Below are positions 38,882 to 47,491 of a stretch of 64,000 nt of DNA, piece after piece. The DNA comes from an uncultured Acidobacteriota bacterium (GTDB lineage: Bacteria; Acidobacteriota; Vicinamibacteria; Vicinamibacterales; UBA2999). The stretch spans positions 4,112 to 68,111 of the forward strand of contig CAWDJL010000001.1 of NCBI GenBank assembly GCA_963802675.1, read 5' to 3'. A model generated the notes under the pieces. That model was given only the letters and a program-made list of their open reading frames with translations, was not told the DNA's origin and made no database searches. Within the stretch, counting starts at the first letter, position 1. Each line of letters begins with the position of its first letter. The position numbers were made by a program, and so were the translations under genes.

Positions 38882-39891
38882 CCCGGGATTGCGCGGGGGA
38901 ACCGCCGCACGTAAAGAGCGTACCGGCGAATCGTGTGCGCGTAGCGACGGCTGATGTGCCGTGAGACGTTCTGCTCGTGCATCAACGCGTGAATCGCGCG
39001 GCGAAAACCAAGCCGACGGGCTCTTCGCTGCACGAGTCCGACCAGCAGCCCACCAAGTCCGTGACTGGCCATCGTCGGCGCCACCGCCACCGTCTTGATG
39101 ATGAGCGTATCGATCGCGTCGCGGCGCTGGCGTTGAAGGATGTCGGGAATCGCAAAGAGGAAGCCGACCAGCCGAGAGTCGCGTTCTGCCATCAGTACCA
39201 AGTCCGGCACGACGAACGACAGCACCCGACGATTCTGGTCGACGAACTCGTCTTCGCCGATCGGTGAATAGAGATAGTTGGCCTGAAAGCTGTCGAGCGA
39301 CAGGCGAAAGAGCTGCTTCAGCTCGGTCTCGGCATTTGCAGGGTCGAAGGAACGGATCGTGACCCCTTCACTCTGCAGCTTGGCCAAGGTCGTATCCAGC
39401 CGAGGGTCCTCCTTCGTCAGATCGCCGGTGACCGCGGACGTATAGGTCGCCATCACTCGGAACCCGACGCGTTCGAACTGCTCGCGCCACGCATCGGGAT
39501 TGTCCGGCTCGAGGAAGAACGGCGGTTCGCTTCCGCGTTCAGAGACGAAGCGGTAGCGCCTCCAGGTATTGCCATCCATCGGTCCGACCGCGATGGTGCA
39601 TCCTGCGAATTCGAGCAGGTTCAGCGCTTCGCGAAGGATGCTCAAGCCGCTCGATTCGTCATCGGCGGCATAGTGTCCGATCAGCCCGACACGATGCTCA
39701 GGCAACGCCGGCGCGCTCGTCCACCAGCACGACGCGCGCGCCAGCAGCATCTCGCGATCGTCCAGCAACATCAGATGCCGATCGGGACGATGCGCTCGCA
39801 AGTCGTCGCCAACGGGAGGAACCAATGGAGTCCCCGTGACTTGTGGCATCGCGTCGTTGTGTGAGAGCTCAATCACGTGAGGCATGGGCAT
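38878..39891 (-). CDS. GNAT family N-acyltransferase (two GNAT-like domains)
   Basis: GPMDGNTWRRYR, PPFFLEP, IIKTVAV...GLGGLL, HALMHE; overlaps both neighbours. Confidence 0.8.
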   Translation of the reverse strand: MPMPHVIELSHNDAMPQVTGTPLVPPVGDDLRAHRPDRHLMLLDDREMLLARASCWWTSAPALPEHRVGLIGHYAADDESSGLSILREALNLLEFAGCTIAVGPMDGNTWRRYRFVSERGSEPPFFLEPDNPDAWREQFERVGFRVMATYTSAVTGDLTKEDPRLDTTLAKLQSEGVTIRSFDPANAETELKQLFRLSLDSFQANYLYSPIGEDEFVDQNRRVLSFVVPDLVLMAERDSRLVGFLFAIPDILQRQRRDAIDTLIIKTVAVAPTMASHGLGGLLVGLVQRRARRLGFRRAIHALMHEQNVSRHISRRYAHTIRRYALYVRRFPRAIPG

Positions 39892-41252
39892 TACCTCCAG
39901 CGATCCAAGCCAGTCATCCCAAGCCAGCCGACGAGTGAGGCGCCGGAGGCACAAAGGGTCTGACGCACCCAGCGCGCACGGGTCTGCGGGGCATCTCGAA
40001 TCGCCGGCTCACCAAGCGCGAAGAGCACGACGCCGACGACCACGGCCACGCCTCCCCAGAGGGCGAGCACGGCCCCGCGGGCCGTCAACGCCGTGGTCGC
40101 CAGGAACGGCAGCATCAGCATCATCCAGCTGCGGAGCACCGCCCCGACAGCCAGCCCCTGGAGTGGACGCGTCGGTTGGCTGTGCGCCGTGCGACTCAAG
40201 CTGAAGATGGCAACGTGCGTGGCAAACACGAGAGTGAATGGATACAGCAACGCCGGCTGTCGAAGCCACCGTGCGAGCGCGAGCCATGCAATCGCGGCTG
40301 CCCAGATCGACAGCATCGTGCCGGTGGTGTGAAAGCGACGGCCATCGCCTGGGGCGTCTGGTGAATACAGCGAGAAACCCAGGAAGCCAATCGCCGGCGG
40401 GACGATCCATCGCCATCCCGCCAGTGCCCAGGTCACGTAACACAGGAAAGCCCCGACCAGGAGCGAATCATCCAGCATGGTGGTCGAGCGCCGCGAGACT
40501 AAGACGACCAGAACCAATATGGACGTGACCACGAAGCGCCGGAGGAGCTCATCGGATCCGAGGGGAAGGTAGGCTTGCAGCAAGAAGAAGCCGCCGATCG
40601 GGATGAAGAGATTGTCCAAACCGCGCCACGCGCTGCCTTCGAGCAGCATGACCAGCAGCGCCATCGTCAGTGAGATCAAGAGCGTTTCGGAGCGGCCGAT
40701 TGTGCTCCACACCAGCAATGGGATGTGAATGCAGAAGAACGCGACAACGAGGAAGGCGACCGACCCCTCCACGCTCTTGCTGGCGCCTTCGAAGCGGGTG
40801 TGCCCATACCGCAGCCCGACGAGAGCCCCGGTCGCATCGGCCAATGTCAGCACGAGGATCGGTATGCAGAACAACAAGGCCGACCGCCCAAGAGACAGCG
40901 CGAAGACGATCGCAACCGAGATCGGGAAGTAGATTTCGCCGAGGGTCGTGCGAGAGACGCCGTCCACTACGGCCCCCAGCGGTCTTCGCAAGGGCTTGAT
41001 GAACTTCACCGCGGCAATCAGCGTAGCGCTGCCTGCCGTCAGCAGCAAAACTGGCCACAGTCGGTCGAACAGAAACGGAAACGACAGCGTCAACAACCCT
41101 GAACCGGCGTGCAAGAGTTTTCGAGGCAACTCCGGATGCGGACTATATCGACGTTGAAACCAGCGCAGCAGACCCAGCAGCGTCAGGAAGGCAGCCATGA
41201 AGCCCGCAACGGCCAGCCACGGCCGCCCGACGACAGGGCTGCCGCCGATCAG
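39891..41252 (-). CDS. Polyprenol/phytol kinase-like (CTP_transf_1 superfamily) membrane protein; start uncertain (41252 or ATG 41198)
   Basis: RKLLH, GEIYFP, ADATGALVG, KSVEGS, GLDNL; extra C-terminal TM region. Confidence 0.8.
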   Translation of the reverse strand: MIGGSPVVGRPWLAVAGFMAAFLTLLGLLRWFQRRYSPHPELPRKLLHAGSGLLTLSFPFLFDRLWPVLLLTAGSATLIAAVKFIKPLRRPLGAVVDGVSRTTLGEIYFPISVAIVFALSLGRSALLFCIPILVLTLADATGALVGLRYGHTRFEGASKSVEGSVAFLVVAFFCIHIPLLVWSTIGRSETLLISLTMALLVMLLEGSAWRGLDNLFIPIGGFFLLQAYLPLGSDELLRRFVVTSILVLVVLVSRRSTTMLDDSLLVGAFLCYVTWALAGWRWIVPPAIGFLGFSLYSPDAPGDGRRFHTTGTMLSIWAAAIAWLALARWLRQPALLYPFTLVFATHVAIFSLSRTAHSQPTRPLQGLAVGAVLRSWMMLMLPFLATTALTARGAVLALWGGVAVVVGVVLFALGEPAIRDAPQTRARWVRQTLCASGASLVGWLGMTGLDRWR

Positions 41253-42346
41253 ATGACCTCCTCGACGATGAACGCACTGTAGAAGAAGGCCTTGTCGGCC
41301 AGGTGCAGCCGTTCGCCGAGGTCGTTCAACGGCGCAAGCCGTGCGGCCATGGACTGCGGCCGGCTGCGCGGCGCCAGCATGTTCCAATACGCCAGTCGTG
41401 CGTGCGGCCGGCTCGCCGCGGCGAGCGTCTCGAGCATGCGGTGATAGTGGTCCATCGAGACGTATTCGAACAGGTCGCTCAGATTGTAGCGATCGATCGC
41501 GCCTGGGCCGACCCCGCTGGCGAACTCCTCGATCGATTGGCAACGCCGTTCGAGACGGTCGAGATTGCCGCGGATCTTCTCGAAGTGTTCCGGGCGCAGG
41601 TAGAGCGGCAGGGCATTGCCGTGATGACCCGTCAGAATCCAATGAAGATACGGATTGACACCAGGGTCCAGCTCAATCAACGCATGGCGTGTGCGGGCGA
41701 GGATGCGCGAGGACACGTCCCCGGTGACGTAACGAAAGAACTCGGGATCGCGGCCCAGACGTCCCATGGCCGTCCGCGAGAAGAACACGCGAAACAGCGA
41801 GCGCCAGCGCCAGGTGTTCCAGGTGTCTTCATAGAACCGCTCGCGACCCGCGCGATCGCGCGGCGTGAGAAGGTCCAGCACTCGTCGCCGCGAATGGACC
41901 AGGGGCAGCACGCGATTGCGAAACAGCGCGAAATAGCGCTCGAACTTCCCGGCGCTTCCGGCGCCACCGGCGATCGCATCAGGTCGTGAGTCCCAGAATC
42001 GGCGACTTTCGTCGGGCAGCATCGTCCGACAGCGGGAATACAGCGCCGTTCGACGAGACGAGGGCCGCGATCCGATCAGTTCGAGCAACTCTCGATGGGA
42101 GAGCGCGCGAAACGCCGCGACCCTGAGATCGAGGCAGGCAAGCTGCGCCGGGCTGAGATCGAGGGCGACCACGCGCGCGGGATCGCGCGTGAGCATGGCC
42201 AGTGCGTTATCGCCTGCAGAGGCGATCGAGACGCACACATCTCCCGCCCGTATGTTCAATGCGTCGAGCAGAACGTCGGCGTCCTCCCAGACCTGGGCGT
42301 AGCGAATTTCGGTAAAGCCTGCGCGGGTGGCGACCTCGCTACGCAC
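41249..42346 (-). CDS. DUF3419 / BtaA-like SAM-dependent transferase
   Basis: YAQVWED, IASAGDNA, DLSPAQ, GKFERYF, LSDLFEY. Confidence 0.82.
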   Translation of the reverse strand: MRSEVATRAGFTEIRYAQVWEDADVLLDALNIRAGDVCVSIASAGDNALAMLTRDPARVVALDLSPAQLACLDLRVAAFRALSHRELLELIGSRPSSRRTALYSRCRTMLPDESRRFWDSRPDAIAGGAGSAGKFERYFALFRNRVLPLVHSRRRVLDLLTPRDRAGRERFYEDTWNTWRWRSLFRVFFSRTAMGRLGRDPEFFRYVTGDVSSRILARTRHALIELDPGVNPYLHWILTGHHGNALPLYLRPEHFEKIRGNLDRLERRCQSIEEFASGVGPGAIDRYNLSDLFEYVSMDHYHRMLETLAAASRPHARLAYWNMLAPRSRPQSMAARLAPLNDLGERLHLADKAFFYSAFIVEEVI

Positions 42347-45017
42347 GGGAGGCCTCGTCCCCTGAGGCGAGCTTGCGAACGATTCCGGTGCTTCCGTCGA
42401 GTTCCACCAGGTCGCCGTCAGCGAGCCAGCTGGTGACGCCGGGCACGGAGACGATGGCGGGAATGCCGAGCTCGCGAGCCACGATCGCCGCATGAGAAAG
42501 AAGGCTCCCGCGCTCGACCAGGATACCGAGTGCGGACGGGAAGATCAGAATCCAGCCGGGATCGGTGTGCTGGGCAACGAGCACCGATCCGTGGTCGAGC
42601 TCGACATTCCGAGGATCGGCGACCACGCGAACCTTGCCGCGGACGACTCCAGGGCAGCACCCGAGACCGCGTCGCTCGTCGCCCTCGGCGATCGCCACTT
42701 GAACCGGCGCGGCAAACGACTGCGCGTGGTAGACCATCCCCCGGGTTTCGAACCGATCATCAGGGGCCGGCATTTCCTTGTATCGATCGAACTCTCGGCG
42801 TCGAATCGACACCAAGTCACGAAGCGCCGTCGTCGTCGCGCGTCCTTCGACGAAGGCCAGCGCTTCGTCAACCTCGAGATAGAAGATGTCGCGAGGGTTT
42901 TCAAGGAGGTTCAGTGCAGTCAGCCGGCGGCCTAGTTCGAGAAAAATGCGACGCACTCGACCAAAGAGCCGGGTTCGCTCGAGCCGCAGGTTCTCGCGAT
43001 CGCGCACACGCGCCCGGGCATGACGAAGCACCCAGTTGAAGACGAAACGCCTGATCGGACGTCCCGATAGCGCGCTTTTCACCCGTGAATCGGCAGCCGC
43101 GCGCAGGGCATCGCCCGAAACGGGAGTCGTCCCGTGTGAAGCGCCTGCGTGCGCGTCACCCTGCTGGGCGAGACGACCCACCGCTCGAAGCAGCGGCAAC
43201 GGATCGTCGTGAAGGGTCTCGGTCTCGAGCTTGAGCTCGTTGACCGATCGCTCGCCAAACTTGTCCAGGTACGCTCGATACTCTGTCGCGAAAGCATCTC
43301 GAGTAGTCAGCGCTGTTTCGATGTCCGCTGGCGATCCGGTCGCGAGAAGCCTCACGAAACCCTCATCGACCCGCGCGAGAGCCGCCAACCGGGTCAATCG
43401 CAGCGCGGGTTCCGCACTGACCAGGCCGCCTTGCCCGCTAATCAGATCGTTCTGCAGTGTTCCTTCTCGATCGCCACACCAGGACTGCGTCAGCTTTCGG
43501 AGAACGCCATAAAAGATCATGGCGAAGAAATCGTTGACGAGAGGCGCATCCCAGTGCAGCAGAAGACGGTCGCGCAGATCCCGGTAGTGAGCAACGAGCT
43601 CGTCAGGCAAGCGCCCGCCGAGTGGCGGAGCAGGCGGTGCCAATGCATCGTCGAGCCGTTGGTAGAACTCGCGTACGCGCGAATCGATCGTGAAGTGCTG
43701 AAGAAGCAGCCCGAACAAACTATTGGCAACGTAAACCCAGTCGGAAAGCCGGCTGCTGGAACGCTGCCGGACGATATCTTCGGCGAGCGCGTCAGGCAAT
43801 CCAACTGTGACGCCCATCATCTGCTCCATGAACTGGCGATTGATCGCGAACCCTGGCAGCAAGGCCAGCACGCGATACCAGTTGAGCAGGTTGTAGTACA
43901 AGCGGCCGCGGACGAGTCCCAGCAGATTGCGGAACGTCTGATCATGCCGCGCGACTTCTCGTCGGGGCACGCGCATCATCACGCAAAACTGCCGGTACAC
44001 GTGCTCATAGATCTCCGACGCAAACGAGAACGTCATGGGCGTGGTCACGCCGCTGTAGCTTTCGACGATGTTGCTGTTGTCCCAGATGATGGGTGTGCCG
44101 TCGGGATCGGACTGTTGGGCGAGCGACGTGATGGGCCGTGACTGGAGAAGATACACGCGCCGATCGTCGAAAGCCCATTCGATGTCTTGCGGTCGGCCGA
44201 AGTGACCTTCGGCGCGTCGCGCCAGAGCCGCCACCTCGATCACCTGCTGGTCGGAAAGGGCGGGTTGCGCGGCGAGGTCATCAGGAATTGGTGCCGCACG
44301 TACGCCTTCGGGATGTGTCTCATCGCGCCGGTGACCAGCTCGTTTCGTGACGATGCTCCGCGAAATGATCGCGCCTGTCCGATCGATATGCCAGGTGTCA
44401 GCGTCGCATTCGCCGGAAACGAGGCCCGTGCCAAGGCCAAGCGCTGCGCTCACAACCGCCACGCTGCGGCGGCCGCTCACGGGATCCGCGCTGAAGGCGA
44501 CCCCGGAAACCGTTGATCCGACCATGCGCTGCACGAGAACCGCCGGCGGGTGCGGAAGAACTGTCAGCCCGTGTTGCTGACGGTAGGCGAGCAGGCGGCC
44601 GCTGAAGCCGGATCGCCAGACGGCCGCGACTCGCTCCGCGACGTGCTCCCGTTGAACGAACAGGTACGACTCGAGCTGGCCTGCGAAGGAGTGATCGACG
44701 CCGTCTTCGTCACTGGCCGACGATCGCACCGCGACCGGCGACCCATCCGGACACAGTTCGGCCAGCGCATCCAACACCGCGGTTCGCACGTCAGACGTCG
44801 GCGTGACACTCGCGACGATGGCGGCAACCTGCGCTGCATCGACCGAACGCGTAAGGCGCGACGAATCGGCGCCAAGTGAGGCCCAGAAGGCGTCAGGCGA
44901 GACGACGAACCAATGCGGTACCGGGAGACCGGCTCGTGCGAGCGCACCGAGGGCGCGCGCCTTTCCGCCCAGAAGCGAAGCCGCCGGGAGCTCCTCGGGC
45001 CGAAGAATGAATTTCAC
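42339..45017 (-). CDS. PEP-synthase / rifampin phosphotransferase-like dikinase
   Basis: ATP-grasp GGKA, VRSSASDED..SFAGQ, DIEW, QSRPIT; large central domain; C-terminal phospho-His SHAAIVARELGIP. Confidence 0.88.
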   Translation of the reverse strand: MKFILRPEELPAASLLGGKARALGALARAGLPVPHWFVVSPDAFWASLGADSSRLTRSVDAAQVAAIVASVTPTSDVRTAVLDALAELCPDGSPVAVRSSASDEDGVDHSFAGQLESYLFVQREHVAERVAAVWRSGFSGRLLAYRQQHGLTVLPHPPAVLVQRMVGSTVSGVAFSADPVSGRRSVAVVSAALGLGTGLVSGECDADTWHIDRTGAIISRSIVTKRAGHRRDETHPEGVRAAPIPDDLAAQPALSDQQVIEVAALARRAEGHFGRPQDIEWAFDDRRVYLLQSRPITSLAQQSDPDGTPIIWDNSNIVESYSGVTTPMTFSFASEIYEHVYRQFCVMMRVPRREVARHDQTFRNLLGLVRGRLYYNLLNWYRVLALLPGFAINRQFMEQMMGVTVGLPDALAEDIVRQRSSSRLSDWVYVANSLFGLLLQHFTIDSRVREFYQRLDDALAPPAPPLGGRLPDELVAHYRDLRDRLLLHWDAPLVNDFFAMIFYGVLRKLTQSWCGDREGTLQNDLISGQGGLVSAEPALRLTRLAALARVDEGFVRLLATGSPADIETALTTRDAFATEYRAYLDKFGERSVNELKLETETLHDDPLPLLRAVGRLAQQGDAHAGASHGTTPVSGDALRAAADSRVKSALSGRPIRRFVFNWVLRHARARVRDRENLRLERTRLFGRVRRIFLELGRRLTALNLLENPRDIFYLEVDEALAFVEGRATTTALRDLVSIRRREFDRYKEMPAPDDRFETRGMVYHAQSFAAPVQVAIAEGDERRGLGCCPGVVRGKVRVVADPRNVELDHGSVLVAQHTDPGWILIFPSALGILVERGSLLSHAAIVARELGIPAIVSVPGVTSWLADGDLVELDGSTGIVRKLASGDEASRA

Positions 45018-45081
45018 AACGTTAGACCGTTATGCGGCCCGAAACGAGAATTTTGTACCCGTTGTGAATCCGCATAGCGGT

Positions 45082-46077
45082 CTAGAGGCGCGCGGAGCGC
45101 GCCAAAACCAACAACGTCAACCAGCCAAGGGCGAACTTGAAGGGCATATCAAGGGCAGCGCCCTTGGCTGGTTGCGCACCCAGCAACGCTGGGAGAGCAC
45201 CGAGGCTCAAGTACATCAACAACGTCCAGATTCCGGATGTGATCTCGATGGTCTTTCCAGCACCCCTCCCCGGTCGGCGGAGAAATCGGACGCTGGCAAT
45301 GACGCATCCTCCGACGAGCAGTACAAGGATGCCGACCACGGGACGTTCGAACTGGATCCGCATCGCCGCTTGCCATGCGACCAGCGCGGTCACGACGATG
45401 GCGGCGACCCAGAGCGTGATGGCAGTGGTCCGGCCCCACAGCGCGCTGTAGGTTTCCACTCCCCGTTCTTCGTCCTGCGGCGCGCGAATCTTCCGACCCA
45501 GCTCCACGACGATGCCGTTGAAGTAGCTGACGATGAGAAACCAGTAGAGGCCTCCAGGCGGCCACAGTCGCCCAGCAATCCGCCAGTCACAGGCCGTAGC
45601 GTAGAGATCGATGAGCGGGATGATCGCCATGTGGCTCGCAAGGTAGATGGACGGCCGCGCCTTCAGCCAGTCGGGAACGAAAAACTCGCGCGACATCAAC
45701 GCGAGATACAACCAGGCGAGGATCAGCAGCCACACGAGCCATGCATTGAGCCAGACCGCCAAGGCGAGCTGAACCAGGGCTGCCCCGATGCCGATCCAAC
45801 CGAGCTCACGCAGCGACACCAGACCGCGCGGCACGGCCCGGTACGGACGAAAGCGCGCATCGTCTTCGTAGTCTTTGAACTCGTCGCTGATCCGCAACTG
45901 TAAGAAGAACAGCAGCGCGGTGATGAAGGCGACGAGCAGCGGTCGCACGGCAGGAAGTCCTGCTTCCCCTCGCACGAGTCGCGAATAACATACGGCCGAC
46001 GCGCTGAATGCCGCCACCAGTGGGGCATGAGCCAACAGCGGAAATCGCTCGCGCTGGTACGTGATCCAGCGGTTCAC
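45082..46077 (-). CDS. UbiA family prenyltransferase-like membrane protein
   Basis: Asp-rich RISDEFKDYEDD, RAVPRG, about 8 TM helices, ELGRK..ETYS. Confidence 0.75.
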   Translation of the reverse strand: MNRWITYQRERFPLLAHAPLVAAFSASAVCYSRLVRGEAGLPAVRPLLVAFITALLFFLQLRISDEFKDYEDDARFRPYRAVPRGLVSLRELGWIGIGAALVQLALAVWLNAWLVWLLILAWLYLALMSREFFVPDWLKARPSIYLASHMAIIPLIDLYATACDWRIAGRLWPPGGLYWFLIVSYFNGIVVELGRKIRAPQDEERGVETYSALWGRTTAITLWVAAIVVTALVAWQAAMRIQFERPVVGILVLLVGGCVIASVRFLRRPGRGAGKTIEITSGIWTLLMYLSLGALPALLGAQPAKGAALDMPFKFALGWLTLLVLARSARL

Positions 46078-47369
46078 GAAGAAGCGCTCTTGTGAGCCGG
46101 ATCCGCCGTGCCGCGTGACAGCCGGCGATGGGCATCGGTGAAGTGGCCAGCCGCTAGCGCCCCGGTGATCGACAGCTCACCCGCGAGCGCAACCGCGGCC
46201 GTCACTTCAGCCAGCGCCCGGGCGTGTCCGGCGCCAGCCAGCCCCATGATTTCGAGACACGCACGCTGCGTGGGAAGTCCCGTCCCGCCGCCGACGGTTC
46301 CGACAATCAGGTTTGGCAGCGTGACCGATGCGTAGAGGCCGCCGTCCTCGAGGGGCTCGAAGCGTGTGACGCCGACCGCCGCCTCGGCCACGCACGCCGC
46401 ATCCTGACCGGTCGCAATAAACAGTGCCGCGAGGCCATTGGCGTAGTGACCTTGTACGCCGATGCTGCCGCTCATGACGCCGCCCAACGCGGACATCCGC
46501 CAGTAATCCATCAAGCGATCCGTTGTCGTATGCAGCCGCGAGGTCACGAGGGACGTTGAAAGACGCACTTCCGCCGTCACCTTGCGTCCGCGAACGGTTG
46601 TAAAGGAGTGAGTCGTGGCCTTCTTGTCTCCGGAGAGGTTGGCCTCCACGAAGTGATAGCGGGGCTGAGTCGGCGCGCTCGACGCGATGTACTGACAGAT
46701 CGCGTCAGTGGCAATCGTGACCATGTTCTGGCCCGAGGCATCGCCGGTCGTGAACTCGAAGCCGAGGTAAACGTGATTACCCTCCAGCGTAATCTGCAAG
46801 TCAATCAGCCGTCCGTATCGCGTGGTCTCGCTCGCGATGCGGCGGAAAGTCTCCATCTGCGTGGTTGCCCACCCGACGAACAGCGCGGCGTCCACAATCG
46901 AGTCGAACGCAAAGCCTGGTGCGCGGCTGACGCCCTCGTTGAGCAGGAGCGCCGTGCAGCCGCCGGCCTCGGTGATCAGACGGGCTCCTCGTGAATGGGA
47001 GGCGATGAGTGCCGCCTCGGTGGTCGCCAGCGGCACGTAGTAGTCGCCATTCGCGTGCAACCCGTTGACGCGAATCGGGCCGATGAGCCCAATCGGGACA
47101 CGAGCGGCGCCAATGAAGTTCTCGATGTTTCGCGCATAGACCTGCGCCTCGGCCGCAGTGCGGTCGTCGAGCAGGGCTGCGCGCACCGATGGTGGGACTG
47201 TCGGCACCCGCCAGCGACTATCGATTGCCTCAGCCGTCAAATCATTACCGCTCGGCACGCGAGGCGGTGCGGGCCCGTGATGCGGCTTGAGCTTGGCGAT
47301 CTCTTCCGGTGGCTTCGTCGCCACCGTGTCTCGGAGGAAGTCAGCAACGCGACGGTAATCGGTAGCCAT
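46074..47369 (-). CDS. hmgA: Class I HMG-CoA reductase
   Basis: IENFIG, TTEAAL, GDASGQNM, NLSGDKK, TGQD, GTVGGGT, C-terminal catalytic His. Confidence 0.9.
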   Translation of the reverse strand: MATDYRRVADFLRDTVATKPPEEIAKLKPHHGPAPPRVPSGNDLTAEAIDSRWRVPTVPPSVRAALLDDRTAAEAQVYARNIENFIGAARVPIGLIGPIRVNGLHANGDYYVPLATTEAALIASHSRGARLITEAGGCTALLLNEGVSRAPGFAFDSIVDAALFVGWATTQMETFRRIASETTRYGRLIDLQITLEGNHVYLGFEFTTGDASGQNMVTIATDAICQYIASSAPTQPRYHFVEANLSGDKKATTHSFTTVRGRKVTAEVRLSTSLVTSRLHTTTDRLMDYWRMSALGGVMSGSIGVQGHYANGLAALFIATGQDAACVAEAAVGVTRFEPLEDGGLYASVTLPNLIVGTVGGGTGLPTQRACLEIMGLAGAGHARALAEVTAAVALAGELSITGALAAGHFTDAHRRLSRGTADPAHKSASS

Positions 47370-47491
47370 AGCTGAACGTTGCCGCTCATTGTAGCCACGG
47401 TTCTGCCAGGAGGTCGTCTGAGTAATTCGGATTAGTTGTGAGACTGCGCATCGCGACGCAAGGCGTCGTATGCTTGCAGCGCGAGACTGCC

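Noticed and set aside
42339-45017. Housekeeping PEP synthase (ppsA)
   Set aside because: No C-terminal pyruvate-binding barrel; the His domain is C-terminal
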